Of a stretch of 59,171 nt of DNA, positions 17,129 through 27,636 are shown one piece after another. Position 1 is the first letter of the stretch. Every line of letters starts with the position of its first letter. The notes under the pieces were generated by a model that saw nothing but the letters and a program-made list of their open reading frames with translations, was not told the origin of the DNA and did not search any database. Source of the stretch: Candidatus Eiseniibacteriota bacterium (GTDB lineage: Bacteria > Eisenbacteria > RBG-16-71-46); contig JBGQIE010000002.1 of assembly GCA_041498315.1 (NCBI GenBank), positions 1 to 59,171 on the forward strand. The letters run 5' to 3'. Both the position numbers and the translations under genes were made by a program.

Positions 17129-18941
17129 TCAGCCCGACCAGCGGTTCGTGATCGGCAGGCGCCGGTCCTTGCCGAAGGCGCGCGGCGAGATCTTGATGCC
17201 GGGCGGGCTCTGGCGGCGCTTGTACTCGGCGCGGTCCACCATGCGCAGGATGGATCGCACCGTCGCCTCGTCGTACCCCAGCTCGGCGATCTCGCTCGCC
17301 GACCGGTCCTCCTCGACGTAGAGCTTGAGCACCGGATCGAGCAGCTCGTAGGGCGGCAGCGTGTCCTGGTCGGTCTGGCCGGGCTTGAGCTCGGCGGTCG
17401 GCGGGCGCGTGAGCGTGCGCTCCGGGATCGGGGCCGGGCTCGAGCGCTGGTTGCGGTGGCGCGCGAGCTTGAACACCATCGTCTTGTAGACGTCCTTCAG
17501 CACGGCGAAGCCGCCCGCCATGTCGCCGTAGAGCGTGCAGTAGCCGACCGAGACCTCGCTCTTGTTCCCGGTCGTGAGGACGAGCCAGCCGAACTTGTTC
17601 GAGAGCGCCATCAGGTAGTTGCCGCGGATGCGCGCCTGGAGGTTCTCGTCGGTGAGGTCGGGGGTGGCGCCCGCCGGATCGCGCCCGCCGAGCGCGGGGG
17701 CGAGTACCCGGCGATAGGACTCGAACACCTCCGAGATCGGGATCTGGTGGAGGCGAAGGCCGAGCATCTTCGCGAGCGCCTCCGCGTCCTCGCGCGAGGC
17801 GCTCGAGGTGTACGCGGACGGCATGCTGATTCCGACGACGCGGCCGGGCCCGAGGGCGTCCACCGCGATGCAGGCGCACAGCGCCGAGTCCACGCCGCCC
17901 GAGAGCCCGAGCACCGCGGTCTCGAATCCGTTCTTGGTGACGTAGTCGCGGGTGCCGAGCACCAGCGCCTCGTACACCTCGTGGGTCAGGTCCTGCGGCG
18001 CGTTGACCGGACGCCGCTCGAGCGCCGGGCGGGTCGCGACCGCGGTCGCCTGTCCGCCGCCCGCGGATCCGGATTCCACGGCGGGCGCGCCCGGCGCGCG
18101 CCCGGACGGGGCCAGCGGCAGGTCGATGCGCGGGGTGGCCTCGCCGCCGTCGAGGATGCGGCCCTTGCGCAGGCGCGGATCGTGGAGCCGGGCGTTGAAG
18201 ACCTCGTCGAGATCCACGTCGGCGATGACCAGATCCTCCGCGAACATGGCCCCTTCGGCGAGCACCTGGCCCTGCTCGCTCACGATCAGGCTCGCGCCGT
18301 CGAACACGATCTCGTCCTGCGCGCCCACCAGGTTGCAGTAGCACACCACCACCAGGTTGTCGGCGGCGCGCGTGCACAGCATGCGCTTGCGCGCCTGGGC
18401 CTTGCCGGCGTGGTAGGGCGAGGCCGAGACGTTGATGATGACCTCGGCGCCGCCGCGGATGACCTGCTCCTCGATCGGGCCGCCCGGGAACCAGATGTCC
18501 TCGCAGATGCTCACCCCGATGACGGCCCGGCCGCGCGCGAACACCGCGTTGCGGGTCGCCGGCATGAAGTAGCGGTTCTCGTCGAACACGCCGTAGTTGG
18601 GCAGGTAGCGCTTGCGGTAGGTGCCCATCAGGCGGCCGTCGTGGAGCACCGCCGCGGCGTCGTAGAGGTCCACGTCGCGGTCCACCGTGCCCACGACCAC
18701 CGTCATGCCCGCGGTGTGGGGCAGGAGCGCGTGGGTGCACTCGATCGCGCGCTCGATGAACGAGGGCTTGAGGAGCAGGTCCTCGGGGGGGGTAGCCCGT
18801 GACCACCATCTCGGGGAGCGCCAGGACCTCGACGCCGCGCGCGCGGGCGCGGTCGATCGCGTCCACGATCCGCTTGAAGTTCCCGTCCAGGTCGCCGACC
18901 GTGGGATTGAGCTGGGCGAGACCGAGACGCAGTTCACGCAT
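17129..18941 (-). pseudogene. nadE: Glutamine-dependent NAD+ synthetase, reading frame broken by a 1-nt insertion in a C8 run
   Basis: The N-terminal CN-hydrolase start MRELRLGLAQLNPTVGDLDGNF...LALPEMVVTGYPP is in the frame of track ORF 17106..19133. The continuation EDLLLKPSFIERAIE...SGGVDS...KISPRAFGKDRRLPITNRWSG is in the frame of ORF 17129..19276. The switch falls exactly at G8 (+ strand) at 18785-18792. Removing one base restores GYPPEDLLL and a 603-aa protein. Confidence 0.88.
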
Positions 18942-19402
18942 GGGCGGGCGATTGTGCGGCTTCCCGGGAGGCGGCGCAAGAACGGGGGCGGCGGCGGCCT
19001 CCGGGGCGGGCCGATAACGAAAACGCCCGGCACTCGCCGGGCGGTCCCGTTCTGGCGGACGTGGGCGTCCGCCCTCAAGAGAGAAGCAGGGCCGAGCGGC
19101 GCTTGGTGCCGTGGCCACTGCCTCTGACCCCATCCGGCGACAGGGGCCTCACAGGACCCTACCTTTACTGGCCGCCGATGGCTCTTGAAAATGCTTTGGA
19201 TGCGACCGGCTCTCGGTCCGGTGCCATCCGTCCAACATGAAATGCAAGTCCCGTTCCGCGTGGGAACGGGGCCCAAATAGGCCTAAGTCATTGTCCCACC
19301 GAGGCCATGACGTTCCAAGCGAAAAATACTTTCCCGCGCCTTGCGAATCCCGGACCGTATTTCGCCATCTCACCGCGCGGGGCCAAGTTGGGGCTTTCGA
19401 CC

Positions 19403-20851
19403 CTACCGACCCACCCTCGAACCCGGCCTGGGATCCCCCGGGACGGGCCGCCTCGAGACCAGGAAAGCCAGCCCCGCGAGGCCGGCCATGGCGACGTAGA
19501 GGTCCTGGCTCGCCTGGGCGAAGGCCAGGGTGCTGAACCCCTGGTGGCCGGTGCTGCGCAGCAGCCCGCCGCCGTGGGCCTGGTAGCGCGAGGCGACGAT
19601 CGCCGCCGCCGCCGCGGCTCCGCCCGCGATGCCGAGGTTGCGCATCGTGGCCTGGAGCCCGGCCGCCAGCCCGAGCCGGTCGGCCGGCACGGCGCTCATC
19701 ACGGCGCTCGCGTTGGGCACGGTGAACAGCCCGAGTCCCAGCCCCGCGAGGGCCATCCCCCCGGCGAGGAGCCAGGGCGCGGGCGCGACCGAGAGCCGCG
19801 AGAGCACGAGGAACCCCACGGCCGCGATCGCGATCCCCAGGCTCACGAGCCGGTCGTTGCCCCAGCGATCGGCCCAGCGCCCGGCGAGCGGGGCCACGAG
19901 CAGCGCCACGAGCGGCACGACCGCCAGCCAGCGTCCGCTCTGCGCCGCGCTGAAGCCCAGGACCTCCTCGAGGTAGAGCGGCATGTGGAACCCCACCGTG
20001 ATCGCGAGCGCCTGCCCGAGCATCGTGATGAGCACCGCGCGGCCCAGGGCCCCGCGCAGGGCGCCGACCGGCAGCAGCGGGTCCGCCGAACGGCGCTCGA
20101 GCGCGAAGAACCCGAGCAGCGCGAGGGCCGCGGCGAGGAACGCGAGCCACACCGAGGGCGCCCACCAGCCCGACTCAGGACCGCGCGAGAGCCCGAGCAT
20201 GACGAGCACCAGGGCCGCGCACCACAGGCCCGCGTCCGGCAGGCTCGGCATCATCCCGGCGGCGCCCCGCGAGGGCGGGTCCGCGGGCACACGCGCGCGC
20301 AGCTGAACCAGGGCGAGCACTCCGAGCGGCAGGTTGAGGAGGAAGATCCAGCGCCACGAGAAGTGCACCAGCATGCCGCCGATCGGGGGCCCGAGCGCCA
20401 GCCCCACGCCCACCATGGCGCCGAAGGCGCCAAGCGCCCGGCCGCGCTCCCCTTCGGGGAAGTTCGAGATCAGGATCGCCGCGCTGTTCGCCGTCATCAT
20501 CGCGGCGCCCAGGCCCTGGAGCGCGCGCGCCGCGACCAGGGTGCCGGCCCCCGGCGCCGCCGCGCACAGCGCCGAGGCGATCGTGAACACGACCAGCCCC
20601 GCGCCGTAGACGCGGCGGCGCCCCACCCGGTCGGCGAGGCGCCCCAGGGTGAGCAGCAGCCCGGTGATCGTGACGACGTACGACAACACCACCCACTCGA
20701 TGGTCGTGAGCGGCACGCGAAAGGCGCGCGCCATCGTGGGGAGCGCGATGTTGACCACGCTGATGTCGAGCGTGGCCATGACGGTGCCGATCGCCAGAGC
20801 CGGGAACACGCGCCAGCGCGGCAGGACCCCGCTCGCTGCCGCGGGCGTCAC
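19403..20851 (-). CDS. MFS transporter, DHA2 (EmrB/QacA) family
   Basis: ...LAIGTVMATLDISVVNIALPTMARAF...GRLADRVGRRRVY... with about 14 predicted TM segments. GTG start 21 nt after the ABC permease stop. Confidence 0.9.
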   Translation of the reverse strand: MTPAAASGVLPRWRVFPALAIGTVMATLDISVVNIALPTMARAFRVPLTTIEWVVLSYVVTITGLLLTLGRLADRVGRRRVYGAGLVVFTIASALCAAAPGAGTLVAARALQGLGAAMMTANSAAILISNFPEGERGRALGAFGAMVGVGLALGPPIGGMLVHFSWRWIFLLNLPLGVLALVQLRARVPADPPSRGAAGMMPSLPDAGLWCAALVLVMLGLSRGPESGWWAPSVWLAFLAAALALLGFFALERRSADPLLPVGALRGALGRAVLITMLGQALAITVGFHMPLYLEEVLGFSAAQSGRWLAVVPLVALLVAPLAGRWADRWGNDRLVSLGIAIAAVGFLVLSRLSVAPAPWLLAGGMALAGLGLGLFTVPNASAVMSAVPADRLGLAAGLQATMRNLGIAGGAAAAAAIVASRYQAHGGGLLRSTGHQGFSTLAFAQASQDLYVAMAGLAGLAFLVSRRPVPGDPRPGSRVGR

Positions 20852-20872
20852 GCCCCGTCCCCCACCACGCGC

Positions 20873-22179
20873 TCAGGCCTCACGCACCCAGCGGACGATC
20901 TCCGGGAGGTTCGGGGTCTTGCCGTGCATGAGCAGTCCGACCCGGAACACCTTGGCGGCCAGGGCGATCGCGAGCCAGCCCGAGCCCGCGAGCAACGCCA
21001 GCGAGAGCGCGATCTGCCAGGCCGGGACCGCCGAGGAAGGCGCGGCGAGCCGCAGGATCATCGCGACCGGCGCCATGGGCGGGAACAGCGAGAGCCCGAG
21101 CGCGATCGGGGAGTCGGGGCGCGAGAGGATCAGCGTCATCATGTAGAAGGGGATGAAGTTCATGAACGTGAACGCGAACGAGAACTGCTGCGCCTCCCGC
21201 ATGTTGTTCGTCACGGCGCCGATCCCGGTCATGAGGCTGCCGTAGAACAGATAGCCGAGCAGGAAGTAGACCACCGACAGCACGATCAGGGTGGGCGGGA
21301 CCTGCACGTGCGCGAGCATCGCGATCGGGCTGGCCGCGAACGCGCCCATCACGATCCAGGCGCCCACCATCGTGAGCCCGGCGCCGCCCAGCCCGATGAG
21401 CTTCCCGAACAGCAGGTCCTCGGCGCTCACGGTGCACAGCAGCGACTCGAGGATGCGGGACTCCTTTTCCTCGGCCACGCCCTGGAGCAGGTACTGGCCG
21501 CCGATCACGATGCTCAGCCCCAGCAGCATGGCGAAGGCGAAGGGCACCAGGAAGTCGGCGAGCTCGCGCGCGTCGTCTTTGAGCCCGAAGCGGCCGTCGC
21601 GATCGAGCGCGTACACGTCCATGCCGCGCGTCGGGCGCGCGACCCGCTCGATACGCAGCGAGTCCACCTCCCCCTGGAGCAGTCCGCGCACCAGCCAGCG
21701 CGTGACCGGCCGCTCGTCGGCGCTGGAGAACAGGTTGCTCGAGCGCACGTAGCGCCGCAGGCGTCCGGTCGCGAGGTAGTCCGCGGGCACCACCAGCATC
21801 TGGTCCACGGTGCCGGCGCGCAGCGCCGCCTCGCCCGCGGCCTGATCGGGGAAGAAGCGCACGTCGGCGTGGTACGACGGCGCCGCCGCCGCGGGAACAC
21901 CCGGGGCGGGACGCGCGAACGGGTTGCCCTCGGGCGGGAGCGAGGTGCTGATCTCGCGGGGCGCGCCGCTCAGCAGGCCGGTCGAATCGACCACGCCCAG
22001 CGCGTGGAAGTTGCGGATCGCGCGCATCGCCTCGCCCACCTGCGGCTTGATCATGATGAACATCAGGAAGGTGTAGAGCGCGGGCATGCCGATGACCGTG
22101 AACACGAACGCCTTGCGGCGGATGGTGGTGAGGTACTCGCGCCGCGCGATCGTCCGCACCCGGCTCCAGGCGGCCGCCA

Positions 22180-22180
<1 letters not shown>
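20873..22180 (-). CDS. ABC-2 type transporter permease (NatB-like)
   Basis: Starts MAAAWSRVRTIARREYLTTIRRKAFVFTVIGMPALY and has a large extracytoplasmic loop followed by 5 C-terminal TM helices. Its ATG overlaps the ATPase TGA (TGATG at 22178-22182). Confidence 0.8.
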
Positions 22181-23145
<965 letters not shown>

Positions 23146-23357
23146 GGAATCCCCAGTGGGCGGGCCAGCGTGGAAAACCCGGAGCCTAGAAGAACGCATC
23201 CGCCGGCTCAAGCCGGTGGTGGAGCCCCGGCCAGCGGCGCGTCGGGGAAGCCAGAAAATTGGCATGTTGGCCCGGCCGATAGTGGCCGATGCTGGCCAAG
23301 TATCGTGGTTCCAAGGCCCGTCCCTGGCCCTGGACTTGCACCTCTTCGTGGAGGCCC

Positions 23358-24632
23358 ATGAAGATCCCGACCCCCATCCCGACGGCCGCGCTCGCGCGGC
23401 CGCTGGTCCTGTTGCTGGCGCTCGCCCTCATGGTCGCCGGGTGCGGCAAGTCCACGAAGCCGGTAGTCATTCCGCCGCTCAGCAAGGTGGATCTCGCCCC
23501 GGCCGCCGACACGCTCCAGATCGGGCAGGTGCATCGCCTCACCGGGACCGCCTACGACCTGAGCAGCGCCGTCGTCCAGGTGCCGTTCGCCTGGACCAGC
23601 ACCGATCCGGCCGTCGCCACGGTCTCCCCGGTGGGATTCGTCACGGGCCAAAGCGAAGGCAGCACGATCGTCATCGCCGCGGCCGGGGGCTTCAGCGACA
23701 GCACGCTGGTCGCGGTCTATCCCGACACCGGCTGGATCGCCCAGACCAGCAACGCCATCGAGAATCTCTACGGCGTTCACTTCCGTCCCGACGGCCACAA
23801 CGGCTGGGCGGTGGGAAGCGGCGGGCTCATCCTCTCGACGACCGACGCGGGCGTGACCTGGTCGCGCCAGGTCCCGTCGAGCTTCACGCTCAACGCGGTG
23901 TGGTTCTGGACCGACGACGACGGCTGCGTGGCCGGCAACGCAGGCACGATCCTCAAGAGCACGCGGCTCCTGGACGGCTCGCTCTCCTGGGCGCGCGCCG
24001 ATTCGGTGTTCGCGAGCGAGAACCTCTACGACGTCACCTTCGCGCACAGCGACAGCCTGATCGGCTGGGCGGTGGGCCAGAACGGAATCGTGCTGCGCAG
24101 CATCAACGGCGGGAACCGGTGGGAGAAGCAGTTCATCCCCGGCGGCCAGACGCTGCGCGGCGTATCGTTCTCGAGCACCCAGGACGGCTGGGCGGTGGGC
24201 GACAACGGCGTCATCGCCGGCACCCACGACCGCGGCCTGACCTGGTTCGTCGTGCAGCCTGCCCTGACCAGCCAGGGATTGAAGTCGGTGTGGCGCGCGA
24301 GCGCGCTGCGCGCGGTTGCCGTCGGCGGCGTGGGCGTGGCCCCGCGCACCTGGGCACCGCCCGCCGACTCGATCCAGTGGAAGCTCGAGAACGCCGGGGC
24401 GGCCTTCCAGCTCTCGGGCGTGAGCTTCGGCGATTCGGTCGCCTACGCGGCGGGCTCGAGCGCCGGCGCCGGCGCGCTGCTGCGCAGCGACGACTTCGGC
24501 GTCACCTGGATCGCGCAGACCCCGCGCTCGCAGTACGCGCTCAACGACGTGTACTTCGTGGACCGCCAGCACGGCTGGGCGGTCGGCAACAGCGGGGTCA
24601 TCCGGCACACCGCCCGCGGCGGCGGAAAGTAG
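23358..24632 (+). CDS. Lipoprotein with a Big_2 Ig-like domain and a BNR/Asp-box beta-propeller (Ycf48-like)
   Basis: Lipobox LALMVAGC. Big_2-like segment DTLQIGQVHRLTGTAYD...VSPVGFVTGQSEGSTIVIA. Repeated Asp-boxes: STTDAGVTW, SINGGNRW, THDRGLTW, RSDDFGVTW. Confidence 0.8.
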   Translation: MKIPTPIPTAALARPLVLLLALALMVAGCGKSTKPVVIPPLSKVDLAPAADTLQIGQVHRLTGTAYDLSSAVVQVPFAWTSTDPAVATVSPVGFVTGQSEGSTIVIAAAGGFSDSTLVAVYPDTGWIAQTSNAIENLYGVHFRPDGHNGWAVGSGGLILSTTDAGVTWSRQVPSSFTLNAVWFWTDDDGCVAGNAGTILKSTRLLDGSLSWARADSVFASENLYDVTFAHSDSLIGWAVGQNGIVLRSINGGNRWEKQFIPGGQTLRGVSFSSTQDGWAVGDNGVIAGTHDRGLTWFVVQPALTSQGLKSVWRASALRAVAVGGVGVAPRTWAPPADSIQWKLENAGAAFQLSGVSFGDSVAYAAGSSAGAGALLRSDDFGVTWIAQTPRSQYALNDVYFVDRQHGWAVGNSGVIRHTARGGGK

Positions 24633-24740
24633 GGTGACGCGCCCGGGGCTCGTCTCCGGGCGTGCTAAGCTGCGGGGCGCCGGCTCAGTCCGCCGGCGCT
24701 CCTTCGCTTTTCCCCACCACCCGGAGCCCGCCCCTACCGC

Positions 24741-25262
24741 ATGGCCACCGCGCGCCTCGTCATCGTGGATGGCTACAACGTCATCCTGCGCTCGCCCCTG
24801 CTCAAGCCGGGCGAGGGGCGCACGCTCCGCGAAGCGCGCGCCAAGCTCGTGAACCTCCTCGCCTGGACCTTTGCCCCGGGCGAGGTGCAGTTCATCGTGG
24901 TGTTCGACGGCGCCGAGGGGATGGCCGCGGGCGGGCGCGAAGGGGGCATCGAGGTGCGCTACTCGCGCCCGCCGCACAAGGCCGACGACCTCATCCGCGA
25001 GCTGGTCGAGGACCGCGTCGGGAAGGTCGAGCGCCTGACCGTCGTGACCTCGGATCTCGAGGTCGCGCGTCACGCGCGCGCCATGGGCGCCGACATCGCG
25101 CTCGCCGATCTGTTCCTCGCCAGCGCCATGGGCCCCGCGGCCCCGGAGGCGTCCGAGAAGCCGACCACGACACTGTCGAAGAAGGAGCTGGAGGAGTGGG
25201 CGAAGCTGTTTCGCGCGCCGCGACCCGGCGAGGCGCAGGGCGGCGGCCTGGACGACGAGTAG
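24741..25262 (+). CDS. NYN-domain RNase-like protein (YacP/Rae1 family)
   Basis: MATARLVIVDGYNVI...FIVVFDG...ADDLIRELV...LTVVTSDLEV is the characteristic YacP-type PIN/NYN acidic residue pattern. Confidence 0.8.
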   Translation: MATARLVIVDGYNVILRSPLLKPGEGRTLREARAKLVNLLAWTFAPGEVQFIVVFDGAEGMAAGGREGGIEVRYSRPPHKADDLIRELVEDRVGKVERLTVVTSDLEVARHARAMGADIALADLFLASAMGPAAPEASEKPTTTLSKKELEEWAKLFRAPRPGEAQGGGLDDE

Positions 25263-25284
25263 GCCCGGCGCGGGCGAAACGATG

Positions 25285-25313
25285 CGGGCGGCCGGTTCAG
25301 GACCGGCCGCCCG
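25285..25313. terminator. Hairpin between convergent genes (possible bidirectional terminator)
   Basis: CGGGCGGCCGGT-TCAGG-ACCGGCCGCCCG, a 12-bp perfect stem. Confidence 0.6.
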
Positions 25314-25336
25314 TCGTGCTTCGCGGCACAGCGCCG

Positions 25337-26302
25337 CTAGGGCAGGAACTCCGCCATCAGGTTCTCGGGGACGAGCGAGTAGGGGAAAGCCCAGGCTTGC
25401 GAATCGTACGGCGCCTGGTCGTCGAACAGCGTTCCGTTCGAGAACGCGTTGACCCCGAAGTGCTGGAGCCCCGGCGGGGGAAGCATGCCGGCCGTCGGCG
25501 TGAGGATCGGCCACACGGCGGTGTAGGTGTTGTCGCCGTTGTTGTGGAAGCGGAAGCGGCGGTCGTGATGGTAGAACACCACCACGTCGTCGTTTCGGCC
25601 GGTCGTGACCGTGAGCGTGACCGGGCTGCCGGGCTGGAGCCGCAGCACCCTGCGCAGGCGCTGGAAGGCGAGCGGGTCGTCGATCGTCGTGTCGAGCGGA
25701 GCGCTCTGGATCCGCAGGCTCAGGATGTTCGTGGTCGCGTCCTTCGAAGTGACCTTGACGCCCGAGATCCCCGCGATGCGCCACACCGGCTCGCCGGTTT
25801 CGCCCGCGAGCCGCACGCGCTTCAGCAGCACGCGGCGCACCCAGTGATCCTCGAGCGGCTTGTGGATGACGTTCCGGACGGCGGTGGGCGGCGGAAGATC
25901 CCCGGCCGGCGGCCCGACCAGGATGTTGAACTGGCCGACCAGACGCTTGCGGATGGTCACGATCGCGGTCGTGGGCTTTCCGTTCTCGTCGTTGTCGGAG
26001 AACTCGAACTCGAGCGTGCGGTCCTGCTCCCGGATCGCGCGCCAGAAGTTGAGCGGCTGGATCGCGGTCATCAGGCCGGACGGGCCGCCGCCGAGCGTGG
26101 TCTCGAAGGCCGCGTCGGAGAGCCCATCCTCGATCGCCTGGGGAGCGGCCGCCATGGCGCTGGCAATGAGCGCCTGGTCGTTGCTGGGCGTGGCGCCGGA
26201 GCCGCTGGCCAGGGGGCTCACGACCTGCTTGCTCTTGCCGCATCCGGCAAGCAGGCCCGCCGCCAGGATCAGGGCAAGGGCTGGAAAGCGAGTGATTCTC
26301 AT
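25337..26302 (-). CDS. Lipoprotein, unknown function
   Basis: MRITRFPALALILAAGLLAGC has a canonical lipobox. GGAGG is 8 nt upstream of the ATG at 26302. 321 aa; the track ORF is over-extended to 27430. Confidence 0.65.
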   Translation of the reverse strand: MRITRFPALALILAAGLLAGCGKSKQVVSPLASGSGATPSNDQALIASAMAAAPQAIEDGLSDAAFETTLGGGPSGLMTAIQPLNFWRAIREQDRTLEFEFSDNDENGKPTTAIVTIRKRLVGQFNILVGPPAGDLPPPTAVRNVIHKPLEDHWVRRVLLKRVRLAGETGEPVWRIAGISGVKVTSKDATTNILSLRIQSAPLDTTIDDPLAFQRLRRVLRLQPGSPVTLTVTTGRNDDVVVFYHHDRRFRFHNNGDNTYTAVWPILTPTAGMLPPPGLQHFGVNAFSNGTLFDDQAPYDSQAWAFPYSLVPENLMAEFLP

Positions 26303-26540
26303 GCTGCGTTCCTCCGTCGTGGTCCGAGTCTTCGAATCGGGCCGGTTGATCCGGGGCAAGGGTCGGGGGACCGGGCCGGGAGGACTGCACCAGGCGTGCC
26401 ATCGAGCGCATGCGCCGAACGCGTTGGGCCGCAACGCGCGCGCGCGCGCCGCGCCCGGACCGGTGTACGCAACGGGGCACCCGCGCCCGCGCCCGCGACA
26501 CGGCCGGGACACTCTCCGCGGCCGCGCACCCGGCGCGGTG

Positions 26541-26576
26541 AAGCAAAGCGGGGCGCGGGCTCGATGCCCGCGCCCC
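26541..26576 (-). terminator. Terminator-like hairpin after the 26599..27399 gene
   Basis: On the minus strand: GGGGCGCGGGC-ATCGA-GCCCGCGCCCC, followed by GCTTTGCTT. Confidence 0.55.
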
Positions 26577-26598
26577 GCGTGGGTGGCTCCCGCCCGGC

Positions 26599-27399
26599 CT
26601 AGGGCCGGAACATCACGGATTGGTCGGTCATGAAGGTGATCTGGGTACCGGGCTTGATCGCGACCTGGTAGCCCTTGGTGCCCGACACCACGGCGCTCGT
26701 CGCCGCGCCGCCGATCAGCGCGCCGATGAGGCTGCCCTTGCCGCTGCCGCCGATCGCGTGTCCGATCACGGCCCCGGCCACCGCGCCGCCGCCGATCGCA
26801 CCCAGGTTCCGGGCGCGGGTCGAGCCGGCGATGATCGAATCGGTGCTGCCGCGCACCGCGATGTCCCGGCCGTTCACGTTGACCGAGCTCACGCCGAGCA
26901 GCAGCATGGCGCGGTCGCCCTTCTTCGCCGGGGTGGACCCTCTGACCACTCCGCTCACGGTGCTGCCGGCCGGGATCAGCACCCGGTCGCCCACGATGAC
27001 GTTGTCCTGGACCGTGCCGCTCCACGAATCGCCCGCCTGCGCGGTCTCGGAGGTGATCGCGGCGGCGATCTGGACCTTGATCGGCGTGCCCGCCGCCATC
27101 GAGATGCCCGGCGCTTCGGCCGGTCGCTGGTTCTCGGTCGCCCGGGGCGCCGGTCTGGGTGCCGGTTTGGTCGCGCGCGGCTTGGGCGCCGGGGTGGGAG
27201 GCGGTGCCTCGGCCTTCGGAGGCTCCTGGTACGGGGTCTGCGGCGTGATGTCGCCGCTCGGCCGCTCGGTCGGGTTGGTCGCGACCAGGCTGTCGCTCGA
27301 GGATTCGGTGGTCGCCTGCCCCGCCTTCTTCCCGCAGCCCAGCGCGGCGAGGGCCGCGATCAGGGCGATGATGACGATGGAGAGATTTCGAATGCGCAT
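26599..27399 (-). CDS. Lipoprotein with a Pro-rich linker and C-terminal glycine-zipper region
   Basis: MRIRNLSIVIIALIAALAALGC; linker PPKAEAPPPTPAPKPRATKPAPRPAP; glycine zipper GAIGGGAVAGAVIGHAIGGSGKGSLIGALIGGAA. 266 aa. Confidence 0.7.
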   Translation of the reverse strand: MRIRNLSIVIIALIAALAALGCGKKAGQATTESSSDSLVATNPTERPSGDITPQTPYQEPPKAEAPPPTPAPKPRATKPAPRPAPRATENQRPAEAPGISMAAGTPIKVQIAAAITSETAQAGDSWSGTVQDNVIVGDRVLIPAGSTVSGVVRGSTPAKKGDRAMLLLGVSSVNVNGRDIAVRGSTDSIIAGSTRARNLGAIGGGAVAGAVIGHAIGGSGKGSLIGALIGGAATSAVVSGTKGYQVAIKPGTQITFMTDQSVMFRP

Positions 27400-27636
27400 G
27401 ATGACGTGTCCTTTCTGGTTTCGCCGGCATCCCGGCCGGCTCGTCGATCCGTCCACCCGGCGCCTCCTGGTGCGCGGGCCCAGCTCATGAACGGTCGGTC
27501 GGAACGCAGCATGCCGCGCCTCGGTCCTGAAATCAAGCGCGCGTCGGTTGGGTGCGCGTCGGTTGGGCCGCGCACCGCGATGGGCTAGGCTGCGCGCCGT
27601 CCGGCTCCCCGCCGGAGCGCCGCCGAGGAGGCCTCG

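Noticed and set aside
19114-19120. A GCCACTG B12-box-like heptamer.
   Set aside because: There are no other cobalamin-riboswitch elements, and there is no downstream plus-strand gene to regulate.
17106-19276. Two overlapping large ORFs (17106..19133 and 17129..19276) considered as separate genes.
   Set aside because: Only the N-terminal ~50 aa of the first ORF and the C-terminal ~550 aa of the second are NadE-like, and they abut at the G8 run. I treat them as one frameshifted nadE.
19379-19401. GGGGCCAAGTTGGGGCTTTCGAC, which resembles the 5' end of tmRNA.
   Set aside because: It runs directly into the MFS stop codon and coding region. There is no tag ORF, no pseudoknot region, and no tRNA-like 3' end with CCA-proximal T-arm.
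23208-26546. Very long track ORFs, including 23208..26546 minus (1112 aa), 11968..15096 plus (1042 aa), 19307..22252 plus (981 aa), 2727..5447 minus (906 aa), 12086..14686 minus (866 aa), 26599..29094 minus upstream part, and 597..2027 minus.
   Set aside because: All are Arg/Ala/Gly/Pro-rich low-complexity translations without motifs. They lie antisense or out of frame to genes with unambiguous catalytic signatures. This is typical open-frame noise in ~70% GC DNA.
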